Source: Phoronis australis
Taxonomy: Eukaryota > Animalia > Phoronida
NCBI GenBank assembly: GCA_002633005.1
Contig: NMRA01000160.1
Coordinates: 622,498 to 686,497, forward strand
Length of the DNA: 64,000 nucleotides
Reading direction: 5' to 3'
A program made the translations under genes and the position numbers. Position 1 is the first letter of the stretch, and every line of letters begins with the position of its first letter. Under the pieces are notes generated by a model. It searched no databases. It was not told the DNA's origin and saw only the letters and a program-made list of their open reading frames with translations. Below, piece by piece: positions 50,611 through 64,000 of this stretch.

Positions 50611-52994
50611 GTTGTCTCACGCATTTAACCACGCTCTAGTAGAGAAACGTCAGAGATACTTGTGCCAATCAATATTTCATTGCTATTTAAATATTTAGAG
50701 TAGATCAAATTTATACATTTGTTTCACTTTCCATCAGAAACTTCATATCTTTGACAGGCTTAATATTCCATGCAGTGCCGTCTTTGAAAACCGTTATTTT
50801 GAGTGAACAAACCAACTTGTAAAGCCTCACTCTCAAGCAACGGTGAACTCTCATTTCCCCAAGGCAATTAATGAAACATCTCTAGTTTGACTAAGGAACA
50901 ATGTCCTAATGGTAAATGGTCTGAATCAAGAGCAAGTTTCTGTGCGCATGAGATTCATACCTTAAAAGACACTAAACCAGGTTTTGGTCAGTTAACTAAC
51001 TGGGTGATTGCGTAGTATCTGTCCCCCCCCCNNNNNNCCCCCGATCACAAGATAATATCAAGTGTTACTGTTATCAAGTAGACAACCAATATGTTGGCCA
51101 AGTTGACTCGACCACTTTTCGTCCCCATATGGTAAAGAAATGACAGACTCTCTCCCAGTATAGTTAAGTGGAAATGGAATTTCTCAATGATTTTGCCGTG
51201 TCACGTAACATAGGAGACAAATGCTGTGGAATTACCCAACTTTATTAGCTCATTTAAATACAAGAAATATTACTGAATTGATAGGAATGGAATGGGAAAA
51301 CGGAGGATTACCAGGGGTGGAGTGAATGATGGATGAACAAAGAGTGTGGTGGAGGGTGTGTGACCAGGCGTGGGGTACCACAAGGTGGGTGACCAAGAAT
51401 GGGCTGTAGAGGCTGGATGTAAGTCACTCATGGTTTTGGATTTTCTAAGATCCTAATTCCTTGCCTTTGTATCATTTTGAATGGTTTTGAATAGAACGGA
51501 CTCTTATGATTAATACAACTGGAGACAAGAAATTTGGTGGGGGTCTATTCTCTTGCACATAAGCACATTTGATTAAACCATCAAGTTTCAACAAAAAGTA
51601 ACTTTTAAAACCAGTTGTTGCCATAACATCTGTGAACCATCCAGATTACCGTAGCATTTACAAAACAGAGTTGATTTTCCAGTTAGAACTTTTGACCCAA
51701 TGGAATTCTCACACCACAAGAAAAATGACAAGAGATAAGAGCGTAATCTCGCCGTAATCACCGTGACATGGACTTATTACCCGAGTTACAGTGTCATAGC
51801 ACATTCCGTCCCTATTGCTTGGAATTGAAACTAGACTGTACGATTTTACAAATGTTCACAAACTTTTGATTCTTAGTCCACTAAACATGCCAAGACCATT
51901 GGTATTTGAATGCCAGCATTTCAGACTCTCCCGACGCCAATTGTTTTTTTCTCAAAAACTCTTAACGAATGTGAGGACACATTTGGCTCTGTTTTTTTTT
52001 TTGTACCCAGATCACTACACGGATCAAGGTTCGATTCATAATATACAAAAATATCAGTTTAATTTAAATTTTAACTGCAAGTTAATCGCCGAATTCAGGC
52101 CCAGCAACTTAAGAGACTTGGCAACAGGGCTCTGACAAAATGGGTGGAAGCCAGCACATACTGTTTTATTATGCTGTTGTATTAAAAAATGATTTCATTC
52201 AGCAGAACATGCCAGGACATGTAATACATGCTTAATCACAGGTGTTACATTTCCAATATCGAGAAAGAATATCATTGAATTATCAATCTATATTGTTTAT
52301 CACAAACAATAATCTAGCAGATACAGCTGACAAGCTCATCAATTTTGCATTGGAAATGCCGGAGAACAGCTCCACCTGGTGAAAAGCAGTCAAGACGATG
52401 GAAATGTCAAAAACAGCCATATTGATAAATTATTCAAAACAATAACATAACGTGAAGAGACCATGATGTTGGCTTGTTGTATGCAGAAGAAGAGTAAAAC
52501 AGAATTAATCAACCGACAGTCTTGTGCCAGCAACCACAATATTTTAATTGATATAAAAACGTTAAATCAGACATGGAATTTGGAACTAAACAACCCATTT
52601 TTGCAATAAAACTGAATAAGCATTTTTATACAGAACTGGTGTGAACTGCAGATAGTTTGAAAATTTGCAAAATTTCAGCGATGTGCAATTATAATTTTTT
52701 CTTAGAAGATAAATTGATTGGAAATATTGTGGAATGAACACCTGGTAGTGCTTAAGCATATTAAAAAGTCACTTTTCATTCTCGTACTTTTTCTATGAAC
52801 CATAAGTCAGACTGTATGAGTGCCCATTCTCATGACTGACACAACCGAGTGATTTCCTTAAATGATGAGATTCAGTGTCTTTAAATTTCAACTTCAAATG
52901 ATGCTTAATTTCAGAAACATCAACGAAAACGAACAAACGAACGAACAAACAAACAAATGAACTATCAGTGCTTCATTTAAAAAGCACTGAGTTT

Positions 52995-53830
52995 CATTGA
53001 ACCAAACATTGCCTTCAAAAAAAATTTGAATAGCTTAACTGAAGCTTCCGGAAGAGCGTTAGGGAAGATATGCTCAACATTTCGTTTTAACAAGAATTTA
53101 GGTTTCAAAACATTTACTTCACGTGTGGCACCAATTTTGGATTGCGGGTCATCTGTTTGGGGTTACAAAAATTTTGTTAATCACGAAAATATTCAAAACA
53201 GAGCAACACGTTTTCATCTAAGGCTCAACCGATTTACAGCTGCCACTCATGATGTTTGTAGTGACATGGGGTGGGACTCCACGGAAAACAGATTTAAATT
53301 TAAAATGTTGCGCCTTTGAAACAAATTCGTGACCACTGAAAATGGTATTTCTATGGGAGTACACTGTTGGTAGAAATGGTTGGACAGAGGGCATCAAAAT
53401 ATTGTTTAACATAATCAGCATACAATCCTGTTTTCAAAATTTGACTACTTGCCAGTGTAACATAGTAGATGCTAGAAACAAACTATCTGAATACTCAAAA
53501 CATGTTTGGGCTGTAACAAAACTCAAGTTAAGAACTTGTATTTCACTTAAGCACAAGTTTTCAACCAAACCATATGTGAAACTTCATTTATCTTGTTCCA
53601 AGTGATCTCTTTTGGCCCAGTTTAAAGCAGGAAATCTCTGATCTGCGGAGAATGAGCTACATTTTATGTTTGATTGTTCTCTTTATAACTAACTGAGGTC
53701 TATTCTATTTCATAATGTTTCACTTCAAGTCCCAAACTTTTGCAGATTTCAGAAGGCTAGATACATTAAAACTGTTGTTTCAGTATTTCCTTAGGAAATT
53801 TGCCAAATATATGAAGTCTGTTTTTGAACT
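52995..53830 (+). mobile_element. decayed LINE ORF2 C-terminal fragment (CR1/L2/Daphne-group-like)
   Basis: ASGRALGKI...VAPILDCGSSVWG...IQNRATRF...DMGW, then KLRTCISLK...PYV...SLLAQFKAG...ENELHFMFDCSLY; stops and frameshifts present. Confidence 0.85.
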
Positions 53831-54458
53831 TAGAAATTGTTGCATTTATGATACATTTGAGTTGTGTGGTTAAAGTGACTAATAAGACCAACTGGGGTGG
53901 GTACTTATTATCCTTTTTATGAATGTTATATCTATTACTGTTTGAATTAATTGTACTTATCACTATAATAAATAAATACAATGCAATTACCACAGTGAAA
54001 TGAGCCTCAGCATGTTCCTGCAATACTTTTTTATTTCTATTTTTATTTCACTAGAACAGGTAAATACCATAGACATGATTAATGCCCAAGCATCTTATAG
54101 TACGGTAGATATGGAAGTGTGTGTGAAAGAACAGACCATTCGTTATTGCTCAAGACTGCAAGGCTTGCATGTAATATGGCAGATTTGTGTATTGCACAAG
54201 CAGAAGATTGGATAATTTAAATTAGCTACCGTAATTCTCTGTTGTGTGCGCCTCTGAGAGGGAGGTACTTGTGGGCTCAGTTTTTGTGCTTTTAAAGTCA
54301 CAAATAAAGTACGTAATAGTTCAAGTCACAGAATGTGTACTGCAACAGTAGAATTTCATCAACCGAAACTGAAGCTCAGTCCAGGCTGTTATGGCAGCTG
54401 CAGCAAAGAAATCAAAATTGGTATAGCATAACTTAGGTACTACGAAAAAAAACGCAAA

Positions 54459-54479
54459 ATTATTATTATTATTATTGTT

Positions 54480-54545
<66 letters not shown>
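54459..54545. repeat. (ATT)n microsatellite
   Basis: Directly visible. Confidence 0.97.
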
Positions 54546-55513
54546 TGTATTCCATTACATTAGGTCTAAGCTTAAAACTGGTGTTACTGTCTGGTAAAGA
54601 AATTGAATTCATTCATAGATTCTGATTAAACGGAGCATTAAGGCCACCCATACCAGCCAGCTTGAGTGCGATACCAGTAATGCCATATTGATCTCTGATA
54701 ACACTGCCAATTATACAAACAAAACTTTTGAAAACACCTATGTTTAATTCATACTGTTAAGTCAATACACTGCAATTGTTTGCCAAATTGATGTCAAGAC
54801 AAACGTCTGCAGCTGTCTTTCACTGACAAAATAGAAAACAAGTAGAACATAATAGAGTTTAAATTTGCCAGCGAAGCCTGACCTTTGAATGTACTCTGTT
54901 CTCTAGCTCTGCATTAATTATAAGTGATATTATAAAAGGTTGAGCACCCTGCTCAATATCAGAGTGTTGCCATGGCAACCAATACTATGTAAGAGTGACA
55001 TCCTGCTAGCAGCTAGTATAAGTCCTTGATAATGAGGATACCTAATTATATGTAAGACAGGTCTATGACAAACACTCTGAAGCAATACTTTCACTTACCA
55101 TCTGCAATGCCCGGGGGGGGGGAGTCCTGTAGAGAGCCAGCTAGTAGGGCATTGATCATGTAAGACAAGTCCATGACAAACTCCTGCACAACTGACTTCA
55201 CCTTCAGGGGTTATTCCTATTGAGAGGAACACCTAGGGCATGTTTCCTGACATTCCCTAAGTGCGTTTCTGATTTATAAATTCAATACAAGTGGTTTTAT
55301 TTTACGAATTTAAATTCTTGAAAAGGCTCAGTTTACAGGATTTGAAAAATATTACCTGTGCTTCAAAAGTTCCATAGCAATTGACGTACTTAACAAGTTG
55401 GCATGTTTCCCTGTGCTTAGTGTTAAAAATGAGTTAAAAAGATATCTGTCCATTAGTGCACCTATGAGCAGGTCACATAAGGCTAATCCCGCTTCCATAA
55501 GGTAAATCTTACG

Positions 55514-55925
55514 CTAACAGGATTTGCAAGCAAGTGGATGAGAAAGCATGCACTGTTCACCCCAAAATATCCAGCAAATTCCTTGTCACATCAAAGGCTT
55601 GATGGCACTGTCACAGATTGATAGCTGGACACTATCCACGGGCTTGACCGAATGTGTATTGATGGAGATAATTGTAGTCCTAAACTACCTGCCTGCCTCA
55701 CTTAGGTTTCAAAGTCAATACGAACACTATAAGTAAGGCAAACGATAAACATGACTGTTTTTAAAATTGAAAAGTAAATATTAGCTGTCTTTGAATTTTT
55801 AAAATTCAGTTGATGCATTATAAGAGAAACTACTTAATAGGATTTCATCAGCGCAGATAAGCCATCCACAACAATTTGTGAATTGATTAGGAGGGGTTAT
55901 AAACAAAACCTCAAATGTCAGCGTA
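55514..55925. repeat. interspersed repeat family C, copy 2
   Basis: Colinear with 50181-50610. Confidence 0.8.
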
Positions 55926-58244
55926 GGAGTTGCCTCATATTAAGGGACCGAGGTCCAGGCAGATAACCAAAGCACAAACAAAAACCACAGAAAAAAGATT
56001 TCTGGGCACAGAGATGAGGGCACTCAATTTCATTAGCAGTATTCTGGCTACTCAATGTTTGTGATACAGAATTCTCTTCATTTTACTTAGACCCTGAGTT
56101 CCCTTATGGAAAAAGCTGAATCTGCTTTTGGGATGGTTAAGTTAATGGAATTATTAAGAAATTCGGTCATTTTTTGCCAGGGTCCACTCTCTATCTGGGG
56201 GTCTCCTAATTTTCCATTTGCACTCCCCCAGTCACAAACATAGGTCAAGTAGCCCTCCCCCCAGCGCAGGTATCCCTTAATTAGTAATTAGAACCTGTCA
56301 TAATTTTTTATTTCAAAGGCCCAGCTAGTCTTTCCTTCAGGGTTTGAATAAGGAGCGCAAAAAATAAAGTGATTAAGAACTTATCAAATTCCACACTTGA
56401 AGAAGTTGTACGTGTTCAGCTGTAAATTAAAGCTCTAACCTGAAACAGTCAAACCTTTAACCATTCAAGTCTTGCAGTTGTTGGCATTTTTCATGACTAA
56501 TGAACAGCTCTACCTAGGTGACACCTATTGGCCACATAAATGACTAAACGGCATTTACTCCATTGAGCCACGAAGGATATTGGAACACGCATTTTCAGAA
56601 ACAGCAAAATTTAACAAATATTGAAAAAAAAAAACATTTCAATAGTTGCATAATTTGCATGTACAGTAGAACTAGACCGATTTCAAAGTTTGTTTAAAGT
56701 GTAGTCACAAATTCCATGCACCTGAATCTGTGAGGCATCACCCCACCATTCTGGAGTCAAAAGATGATGAGTCTGGCCCCGGGAGTCAGTACTCGACTAT
56801 ATTTTGGACAGGGGGAGGGGTGAAAATGCAGGATATCCACTGGAGTTAGCCTCAATGGAACCATTTGCAGTCAGCTTCCATAAAAGTCACCCTTTCATAG
56901 TTTTTGGTCTAGAAACCCCTTCAGTTGTTAATGTTTAAACCCCTAAACCTTAGAATTTCACAGAGATCGGCTTCAGGTTGGGCAGCTATATTCTTGAAGT
57001 AATTAAATATGAAGGAGTACAAGACTAATAAGCCATGTTTCAACATGAGCCAAATAAAAATGTAAGAAAACCTTGCTGTAGATTTTTGTAGAAGGAAAAT
57101 AACATCCTACTGGCATTGGCAGCCAAATTATACTCCGAAACTGCATTAACTGGTTCTTTTGTTGGGAATTAAGTTGGAAAAGCCACCTTGTTCTAGGAAA
57201 TTCTGTTGGAATTAAAAGGCACACTTTCATAGAGGGACTGAGTGTGGAAAAGTCATGTGGTCCCCGTAGCAGCAGTTTTCTGTATAGCGCACGGACAGAC
57301 CCCCACTGGTTCACTGGCATGCTCAGGTGAGATGATACCAGGTTCTCTTCAATTTCCAACTGCTGTAGTTTATTACCCTTAGTAATTGGCTCATTATGTT
57401 GCAATCCCAAGAAAAGTAAAGATGAGTAGAAGTAGGCTAATGGCTGTGCAATTTATAATTTTAGGTTATAAAAGTCACATTTTTGTCCAATTTCCAAAAT
57501 TCAAAAACCTAACCATGTGTATGATTCACAAAATATTCAAATGAGCTATTTAAAAACTTTCGAAATGAAAATTTAAAAAATACTATTGCCGCCCCCAGTG
57601 TTTGCAACCATGCTTATGATGGGCAATTTCGCACCTGACGCAGAGAATTGAGATGCAGCTGAAGTGGTTGGATTCTTTGAAGAAGGCAGCAGGATGGAGT
57701 TGTAGTGTAGGATTCTTTTCATAGAGAAAAAGTCATATTCCTGATCAGCTGCCTCTGTATAGTATGCCATCTATGAATTAACTAGGTAACAAACTTCAGC
57801 CAGGTCATTGCAATTCAAATGGTAGTATACGCACATTTCACTACATTGAAGATGTCGAGAAATGCCTATGCGACTTAGTGTGACTGCTGGAAATACACAA
57901 GTCTACCACACTCATTCTAGATGAGGCCAAAAAAATAATGACTTACAGGTATGTGTGTGCACCTTCACCCAGGCATGCACATAAAGAATAGATGATCTCC
58001 TTGGCTTGACTGAGTCCTTGGGCTTGGCTTAGTGTGTACATCTTTCTTACATTTTGTCTGAAAACATTGCTCCGACGGTACCCCGTGAATCTTAGTAAAA
58101 GGCCCCAATTCAATTTTTAGGCTAAGAGCGCATATGAATAAGAAAAATAACCTATTAGTACTGTATTAGCTGATTAGGTAGGCTACAAACTGATTTCAAG
58201 AAAGAGATTAAACACCACTTGCCTAGCAGACGCTTTCTGAATAT

Positions 58245-60454
58245 AAGGAGACCTCTAGCGTCGAATATGTACATGTTATACCAAAGACCATGCTGTTTCA
58301 TACTCCGTTGACACGCTGCAAACAAAAATGTTATTTTATTATTTTGAATAGGTTAGTTTGATGCAGCAGGTTCTTAAATGTGCGAGAATGTAAATATTTT
58401 GTTATATATGTTACACACGTTATTGTTAAGCATCACATAAATAGTAGCCTACATTACCTGTTGTGGTGCAAAATCAATCCCGCAATTTTGTCAGTTCAGC
58501 GAGGAGGTAAAATTGAGGTTCTTTATCAAATATTTGTCAGGAAAATATTAAGATATTTTTCGCCGCCAGCCCCCTCTCTGTGTGACGTGTGTAGGTCAAA
58601 TGACAGAGGTGAAGGAGGAGGGAAGTACGGTCTGGAGGTGTCCCCGACACAAGGGACACAAAGTGTCCATTCCCGGCATTAGGGACGATACCGGCTCCTT
58701 TTTCAAGCGTTCACACCTACCACTGGGTACCTTAGTTCAGTTGTTTTGGCTGTGGTCGTATAAATTAAAGATTGCGCACGTCGTGGAGATGTTGAATATC
58801 AGCAAATGCACCGTTATGCAGTGGTTCACCTATATCCGAGGCATATGTTCCTCAGTGGTCTACAGTGCTCGTTGCTGCATGGACCCGCGATACAGCGACT
58901 GGGTGGCCCAGGGATCGTCGTTGAAATTGACGAGTCGGTGATTTCGAGGCGGAAATACAATCAGGGACGACTCTTCCCCTAGAGATGAGTATTCGGCACC
59001 TATTGTCTGGCTCAGCGATTGGGGTGCATCCAACTCGTACACCGTCGGAATGCCAGAACGCTGCTCCCGCTTGTAAGACGCTGGATCGCTCCAGGTTCTA
59101 TAATTCATAGCGATCAGTGGGGTGCCTACCAGAGGATCGCCAACATTCCCGTCGTGCCGCCATACCAGCACCACACAGTCAACCACTCCGTTAACATTGT
59201 CGATCCGCCTGTTACTGGTGTCCAGAGAATGTGGAAAACTACTGGAGACACATCAAACAGCGGTTCAAGGCAATGTCTGGCGTGATCGACAATAGTCTGC
59301 CGGGTACCTTGACGAACAAATGTGGCGGGAGAGGTACGGAAGAACAGCGGCGGACTCATTTACCAACATCCTCACTCATCTGTCTCAGTGGTCACAATAC
59401 CAGACGCCATGAAACCAGAAAATATATTAAAAAAATAAAAATAAAAAAATAAAAACCAAGTAATAAAAACTGGCTCTTAATTGGGCCTACAATATAAAAG
59501 TAATGAACCGCCCTACACTGCCACTCCCTGTATAGAAAGGATGCCTGCCGATCTCATGTGCAGTGTCGTGGCTAGGATTACCGGCGCCGGGCGGGCAAAA
59601 AAACGCCACCATGGAGTTGGAATCCCTGCCCCCTGTCCCTCAAAGTGGCGCCCCTCCCATACTACATATTTGGTGCCCACCCCCAATGGCCACCTATTTG
59701 CCTTCTGGGTCTACCTGACGTCCCTGCTTTGCTGGCGGCCGGGAACAAAATTAAGTGCTCCATGCCGCATCCTCGCTACGTCGGTAGTAGGCCTATGCGG
59801 CTGCTCATGCAGCATGTAGATGGTTTCTGCAATGCAGATCATGGCAGATAAAATGCAGCCCAGATTTGGGCTTTGTTATGGGGGGGGGGGGGNNNNNNNN
59901 NNNNNNNNNNNNNNNNNNNNNNNNNNNNGGCAACTGATAGTTTTACCCATTTTTTTAAATTTCAACAGTGGCACGATATAGGGTAAATCGGCGCATTTTA
60001 AAATGTGTCGGTTATTGACGGTGAAAAGGGGCGAGGTCGCTCATGAGGGTACGATCAGCTGATTACAATCTAGCCCAGATGACCATGCTTTTTGTGGAGA
60101 GTGTTTTATATAGTTTTGAATGTAATACCTGGAAAGAGGAACGGAAAAAAATTGTGTGCCACTTTGAATTTTTGGGCCATAGTTTTTTCATAACCTGACT
60201 GCATACTGTCCGACACATTTTTTGCCCCAAAATGGGCGGGCAATTACCCCCTGCCCCTGACACGACTATCCTATGAATGCGGCGCACCTAAATTTTATAA
60301 AGTTTCGTTCGTTACCTCTTCGGCTTTTTTACATTTCCGTCCCACCCAAAACTTATAATGTGCTTGTACAGAACTTTCAGATGTATAAGACTAAACGGGC
60401 ACAAATTCGTACTTGTACGGTACTAGTTTGCGAATCTCGACGCTAGGTGTCCTT
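58245..60454 (+). mobile_element. Merlin-superfamily (ISXO2/IS1595-like) DNA transposon, defective
   Basis: Imperfect TIRs aaggagacctctagcgtcga / tcgacgctaggtgtcctt enclose a transposase pseudogene. Confidence 0.75.
58560..59400 (+). pseudogene. Merlin/ISXO2-like DDE transposase pseudogene
   Basis: WRCPRH..SI..GSFFKRSHLPL...; LGGPGIVVEIDES.ISRRKYNQGR..*R*VFG; IAPGSIIHSDQWGAY; HHTVNHS.NIVDP; ENYWRHIK...YLDE.MWR; in-frame TAG/TGA and frameshifts. Confidence 0.92.
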
Positions 60455-62864
60455 GTGATAGCAAATGAATTTCAATGGCTTCCGTGAAAAAACGGGGATT
60501 TTCTGCTCTCTAACGTATGCGAAGTTTGGCGTTGAATTTTTGGAAAGTGAAAGCTTATATCGAAACAATTTTAGCATAGGAGTAACGAGTGAACAATTAC
60601 GAATCGATTGAGGTATATATCATCCATGTGTGATTTTTGTTGGAGATATGAAGGATTGAATGGGGTCTGAATAGGACCCGACAAGTAGTAGTAGTAGACT
60701 TGCCAATTTACTCCTTAGTTTGTTGGCGGGAAGACTTGAGTTAGACAATTAAGAGAAAGATTGACCTTTCTTGTTGACGACGATTTCTGTACCGGGTCGG
60801 CGTATTTCATTTGGTAGTAATGTTGTCTGCTAGGAAAAAATCTAATCGACTAACGGAGCCCGAGGGCTACGTGTTGCCTGCTCGGATATGAGACAGGATG
60901 CTTTAACAACTGAACTTCAGCTCAAGTCGCAAGTGTGTGATTTTCTCAACTGCGTTAAAGTTATAAATTACACCCTGCATAAGCTAGATACAATGCAAGT
61001 AGACTTGTACCCTAACGTAGAACCACAGGCACGGGCACCTTTAGCGGACCTCTACAGACTACAATATACTATAATACACTATTGCCTAGGTCTGATCAAA
61101 GGTGCCTGTAGTAGAATGCAGGCAATCCCATATGATGATGGTGCATATTTCACTGATCTTGCCCGATTTTTGTAGAGCAATTCTGACTTCTGTCTGTTTA
61201 TTTGTTTTAATTTAATTTTAAGCACCTATTTGATGTGTGCTGACTGCTTTGGTTGGTTGTTAAATGCTTTGAGTTCACAAAATGAACAGGACAATAATAA
61301 TTTGAAGTTTGGAAGTCAACAAAAACTTTGAAACGAATTTAGGGGGGGTGGGGTTTATTGTCCGAGTTTGATACTCGCAGTGGCGACTTAAGTGACGACT
61401 TGAAATTTTTCCCTGGTCACCACAATCTGTCGCATTGGGGACCTGCAGGTTGTCAAATGGAGCGCTGCTACATTCGTTGAATGTGCATGTTGATCCATGT
61501 TGGGAAAGATGACACTGGCTGTTTGAAATGCCAGAATTACTCTCCCTCTTTGCTTTAGAATTGAACGGCATGATAGCTTTTCATTAAGGGTATCCATCAT
61601 GTATGCAACCAATGAAGCTTCTTACAAGGCAATGAGATGATTCTCTTTTATGGTCGATAACATGAGAAATGCATCAAAAGCAACCAAGAATATTCAACTA
61701 AGTGGGAAATGCACATGTAGCAATTAATCAGGTTGATCAAAAGAAATTCCATTTGAAGGTTCTGGTGTTTGGTCCGGCCAGTGTTGCGGTATGCATGGAA
61801 TACTTTCAAATGCTCCAAAAATGCAAAGAAAGTGGCCGCCATTTCAAGCCACGTTTTGAATTTCCATTACTGCCAATCTCATTCAAACAGATCCTGCCAT
61901 CCAAAAGATGGGGATGACTGTCGCTGTAAACAACATCACAGGAACCAGATTCCATGTTCATGGTTCAAAATCCCAGGCTTCAAGAGAACGAAACCTTGAA
62001 AATAAAGTACAAAACATGGTTGCAGGTTCAAAGCTCAGTGGAATCAGAAATGAAATAGCCATACTTTTGCTAATTTTGTTAAAATTTTCATTGCCTAATG
62101 TTGGTGGTTCCAATGAAAAGTCACAGTTGTTCAAAAAGTCACAGGTGTTCAAAAGTCGCAGTTGTTCAAAAAATCACTGCTGTTAAAAGACCATTAAAAG
62201 ATTGAAATTGGTGTTCAATTGTTGCTCAGTCAAAACAGATGGGATGACTGGACTTGGAAAGTACTGGCAGTTTGTTACTGCTTGAGATCGGGCTCTTGAA
62301 GTTGACTTGTCACGGTGTAGTGGCATTTGATGGTCTCTACCAATAATGTGTTTACAAACTGTCATGGTTTTGCAAGACCAAATATCACTTCGCATCTCTG
62401 TTAAGAACATGTTGAGACCAATTTTATAGTATTAGTTGGTTTGAATCGAAAATTTCAACGGAATGCAAGTTCAGTTTTGCCAGCTATAGCACCATGTCGC
62501 TGTAAATTTGCTCAAAATGACCGGATATCTTTTTACTTGAATGTATTGTCATTTCAGGAAATTACAACTGAAAATTCACAATGGCAGATGACAGTTTCAA
62601 CAGTTCAGGTTAGTAAATATGCTTGTTGTGTATATGCCACAGGAAAGTAGATTCCTTCTACTAAAATGGTGGAATTGGGGTAGACAATAACTAAAGATAG
62701 TTTTTTATTTGTCAGACTTGCCTCATGAGAAAAGCTAAAAACTTAACCGGGTGTTGCTTGACAAGTGCTATACCATACAAAACAGATTTCCTGAAAATTT
62801 GATGTCAAAAAATTGCAGAAAAAATGTGTAATATTCTGATATTATGAAGTCAGAATATAAGACT

Positions 62865-63070
62865 TGCTGTGTCAAATACTTTATTGGAACTAACTAAATT
62901 CTCTACAAGGTGGCTTATATAGAACAATGACTAAGCAGCATGCAATTCTCACAATGGAAGTGGTAATACCATATATAGAACTTCCTTTACTCAGAATCAA
63001 TTAAACTATAGTCTTGCACTAACCGGTATGCGTGAGTAATATATCTGCTATATGTTTATCAAACATTACA
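62865..63070 (-). repeat. 3' LTR of the Gypsy element (~205 bp)
   Basis: Minus strand: polypurine tract GAGGAGAGA (63079-63071) abuts TGTAATG; internal TATATAA and AATAAA; ends ...GACACAGCA (end uncertain by 3 nt). Confidence 0.75.
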
Positions 63071-63158
63071 TCTCTCCTCAACTTAGAATAATTTCTACAA
63101 GTACACAAACATAAACGCATTTCAACAGTCCATGCAGCTTGTCCAGCAATTGTTTATT

Positions 63159-64000
63159 TTAGTCAGTCACAAAGTCTTGCAAATATCCTGGTTTGCGTTT
63201 AACACGTGTAGATCGTCTGACAGTAGGATCCTGTTGTTGAGGTTTTGTCTCTGTTGTCTCTGTTGATGTAGTACCGAGAGGAGTGTTTTCCAGAAATTCA
63301 CTTTCGTCATTCTCGCCCACAACTGGTGTAAATTTCGCATTAGTATGTTTAAATGCACTGGAGTTCCTAGTAACAGTACGTTCACCATCAGTAGCACTTA
63401 ACATAGAACCTTTCTTATCAACAACAATATGAGGAGTGGCGTTAAACGGAGTTGACAGTTTGTTTTGTTTCCTGTCGTTTCTAAGCAACACGGTGTCTCC
63501 TACTCGAATATCGCATGATTTTACTCCAAGTTTATTATCGGCATATGATTTCATTCGATGTTTCGCTAATACGTCATTTCCTTTCGCTTTTTCGACGACA
63601 GAGTCCCGTTTGACACTGTTAGGAATCCTGTGTAACTTTGTTTGAGGTTCACGTCCAAACAACAATCTATGTGGTGATACTCCAGTCGAGCTATGCGGTG
63701 TAGCACGATATTGTCTCAAAAATTTGTACATTTCCTGCTTCCAGGGTTTACCTTCCGTAACTGCAGCTCTTAGACATTTCATCAGGGGTTTATTGAAGGA
63801 TTCTGCTTGTGCGTTTGCTCTTGGCCAATGCGGTGTAATTTTACGATGTTTAAATCCACTGAACCCTGCAAACTGTCTGAATGCATACGAATTAAATGGA
63901 CTTCCATTATCCGATTTTACAACTTTCGGATATCCAAACACAGAGAATATTTTATCAAGCACTGGAATCACTGTGGTAGCAGATGTAGATTTCACAATTT
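63159..64000 (-). CDS. Ty3/Gypsy LTR retrotransposon Pol, integrase C-terminal part (5'-truncated by the window edge)
   Basis: FGYPKVVKSDNGSPF, TPHWPRANAQAESFNK (second D and E of D,D35E), YRATPHSSTGVSP..LLFGR, terminal RRSTR..KPGYLQDFV; uninterrupted ORF. Confidence 0.95.
   Translation of the reverse strand, partial: IVKSTSATTVIPVLDKIFSVFGYPKVVKSDNGSPFNSYAFRQFAGFSGFKHRKITPHWPRANAQAESFNKPLMKCLRAAVTEGKPWKQEMYKFLRQYRATPHSSTGVSPHRLLFGREPQTKLHRIPNSVKRDSVVEKAKGNDVLAKHRMKSYADNKLGVKSCDIRVGDTVLLRNDRKQNKLSTPFNATPHIVVDKKGSMLSATDGERTVTRNSSAFKHTNAKFTPVVGENDESEFLENTPLGTTSTETTETKPQQQDPTVRRSTRVKRKPGYLQDFVTD

Larger units (their letters stand above)
62865..64000 (-). mobile_element. Ty3/Gypsy LTR retrotransposon, 3' end
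   Basis: Integrase, polypurine tract and LTR in canonical order. Confidence 0.92.

Noticed and set aside
57003-57410. LYR-motif protein (ALYRKLLLR)
   Set aside because: The motif is internal, the ORF start is non-ATG, and no convincing downstream LYRM pattern follows.
61275-62450. Cluster of overlapping short ORFs with coding-like complexity
   Set aside because: The frames I translated contain stops and I recognise no family; BLASTX would be needed.

Overview
AT-rich, repeat-rich animal genomic DNA with spliceosomal introns and N-gaps. The repeat landscape suggests a marine invertebrate, but that is inference. The only well-supported host gene is a minus-strand SH2-domain adapter of the SHB/SHD/SHE/SHF family. 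I reconstructed seven coding exons by hand (18967-18683, 9084-8967, 7738-7505, 6769-6114, 5215-5065, 3555-3342, 2737-2618). All have GT-AG boundaries and compatible phases. The last SH2 exon(s) were not found and probably lie left of the window. The rest is intron or intergenic DNA containing: a decayed Merlin (ISXO2/IS1595-like) transposon; the 3' end of an apparently intact Ty3/Gypsy element (integrase, polypurine tract, LTR); two LINE 3' fragments; several MITE families; a HINE/Helentron-like tandem array; a tRNA-derived SINE head; palindromes; and mini/microsatellites. I found no convincing novel multi-gene system. The best leads are a possible Tyr-bearing 30-nt microexon only 34 nt from exon 3, repeated tandem duplication of exon 3' ends in the adapter gene, and a ~5 kb segment bounded by inverted repeats that holds two 31-bp-arm palindromes.
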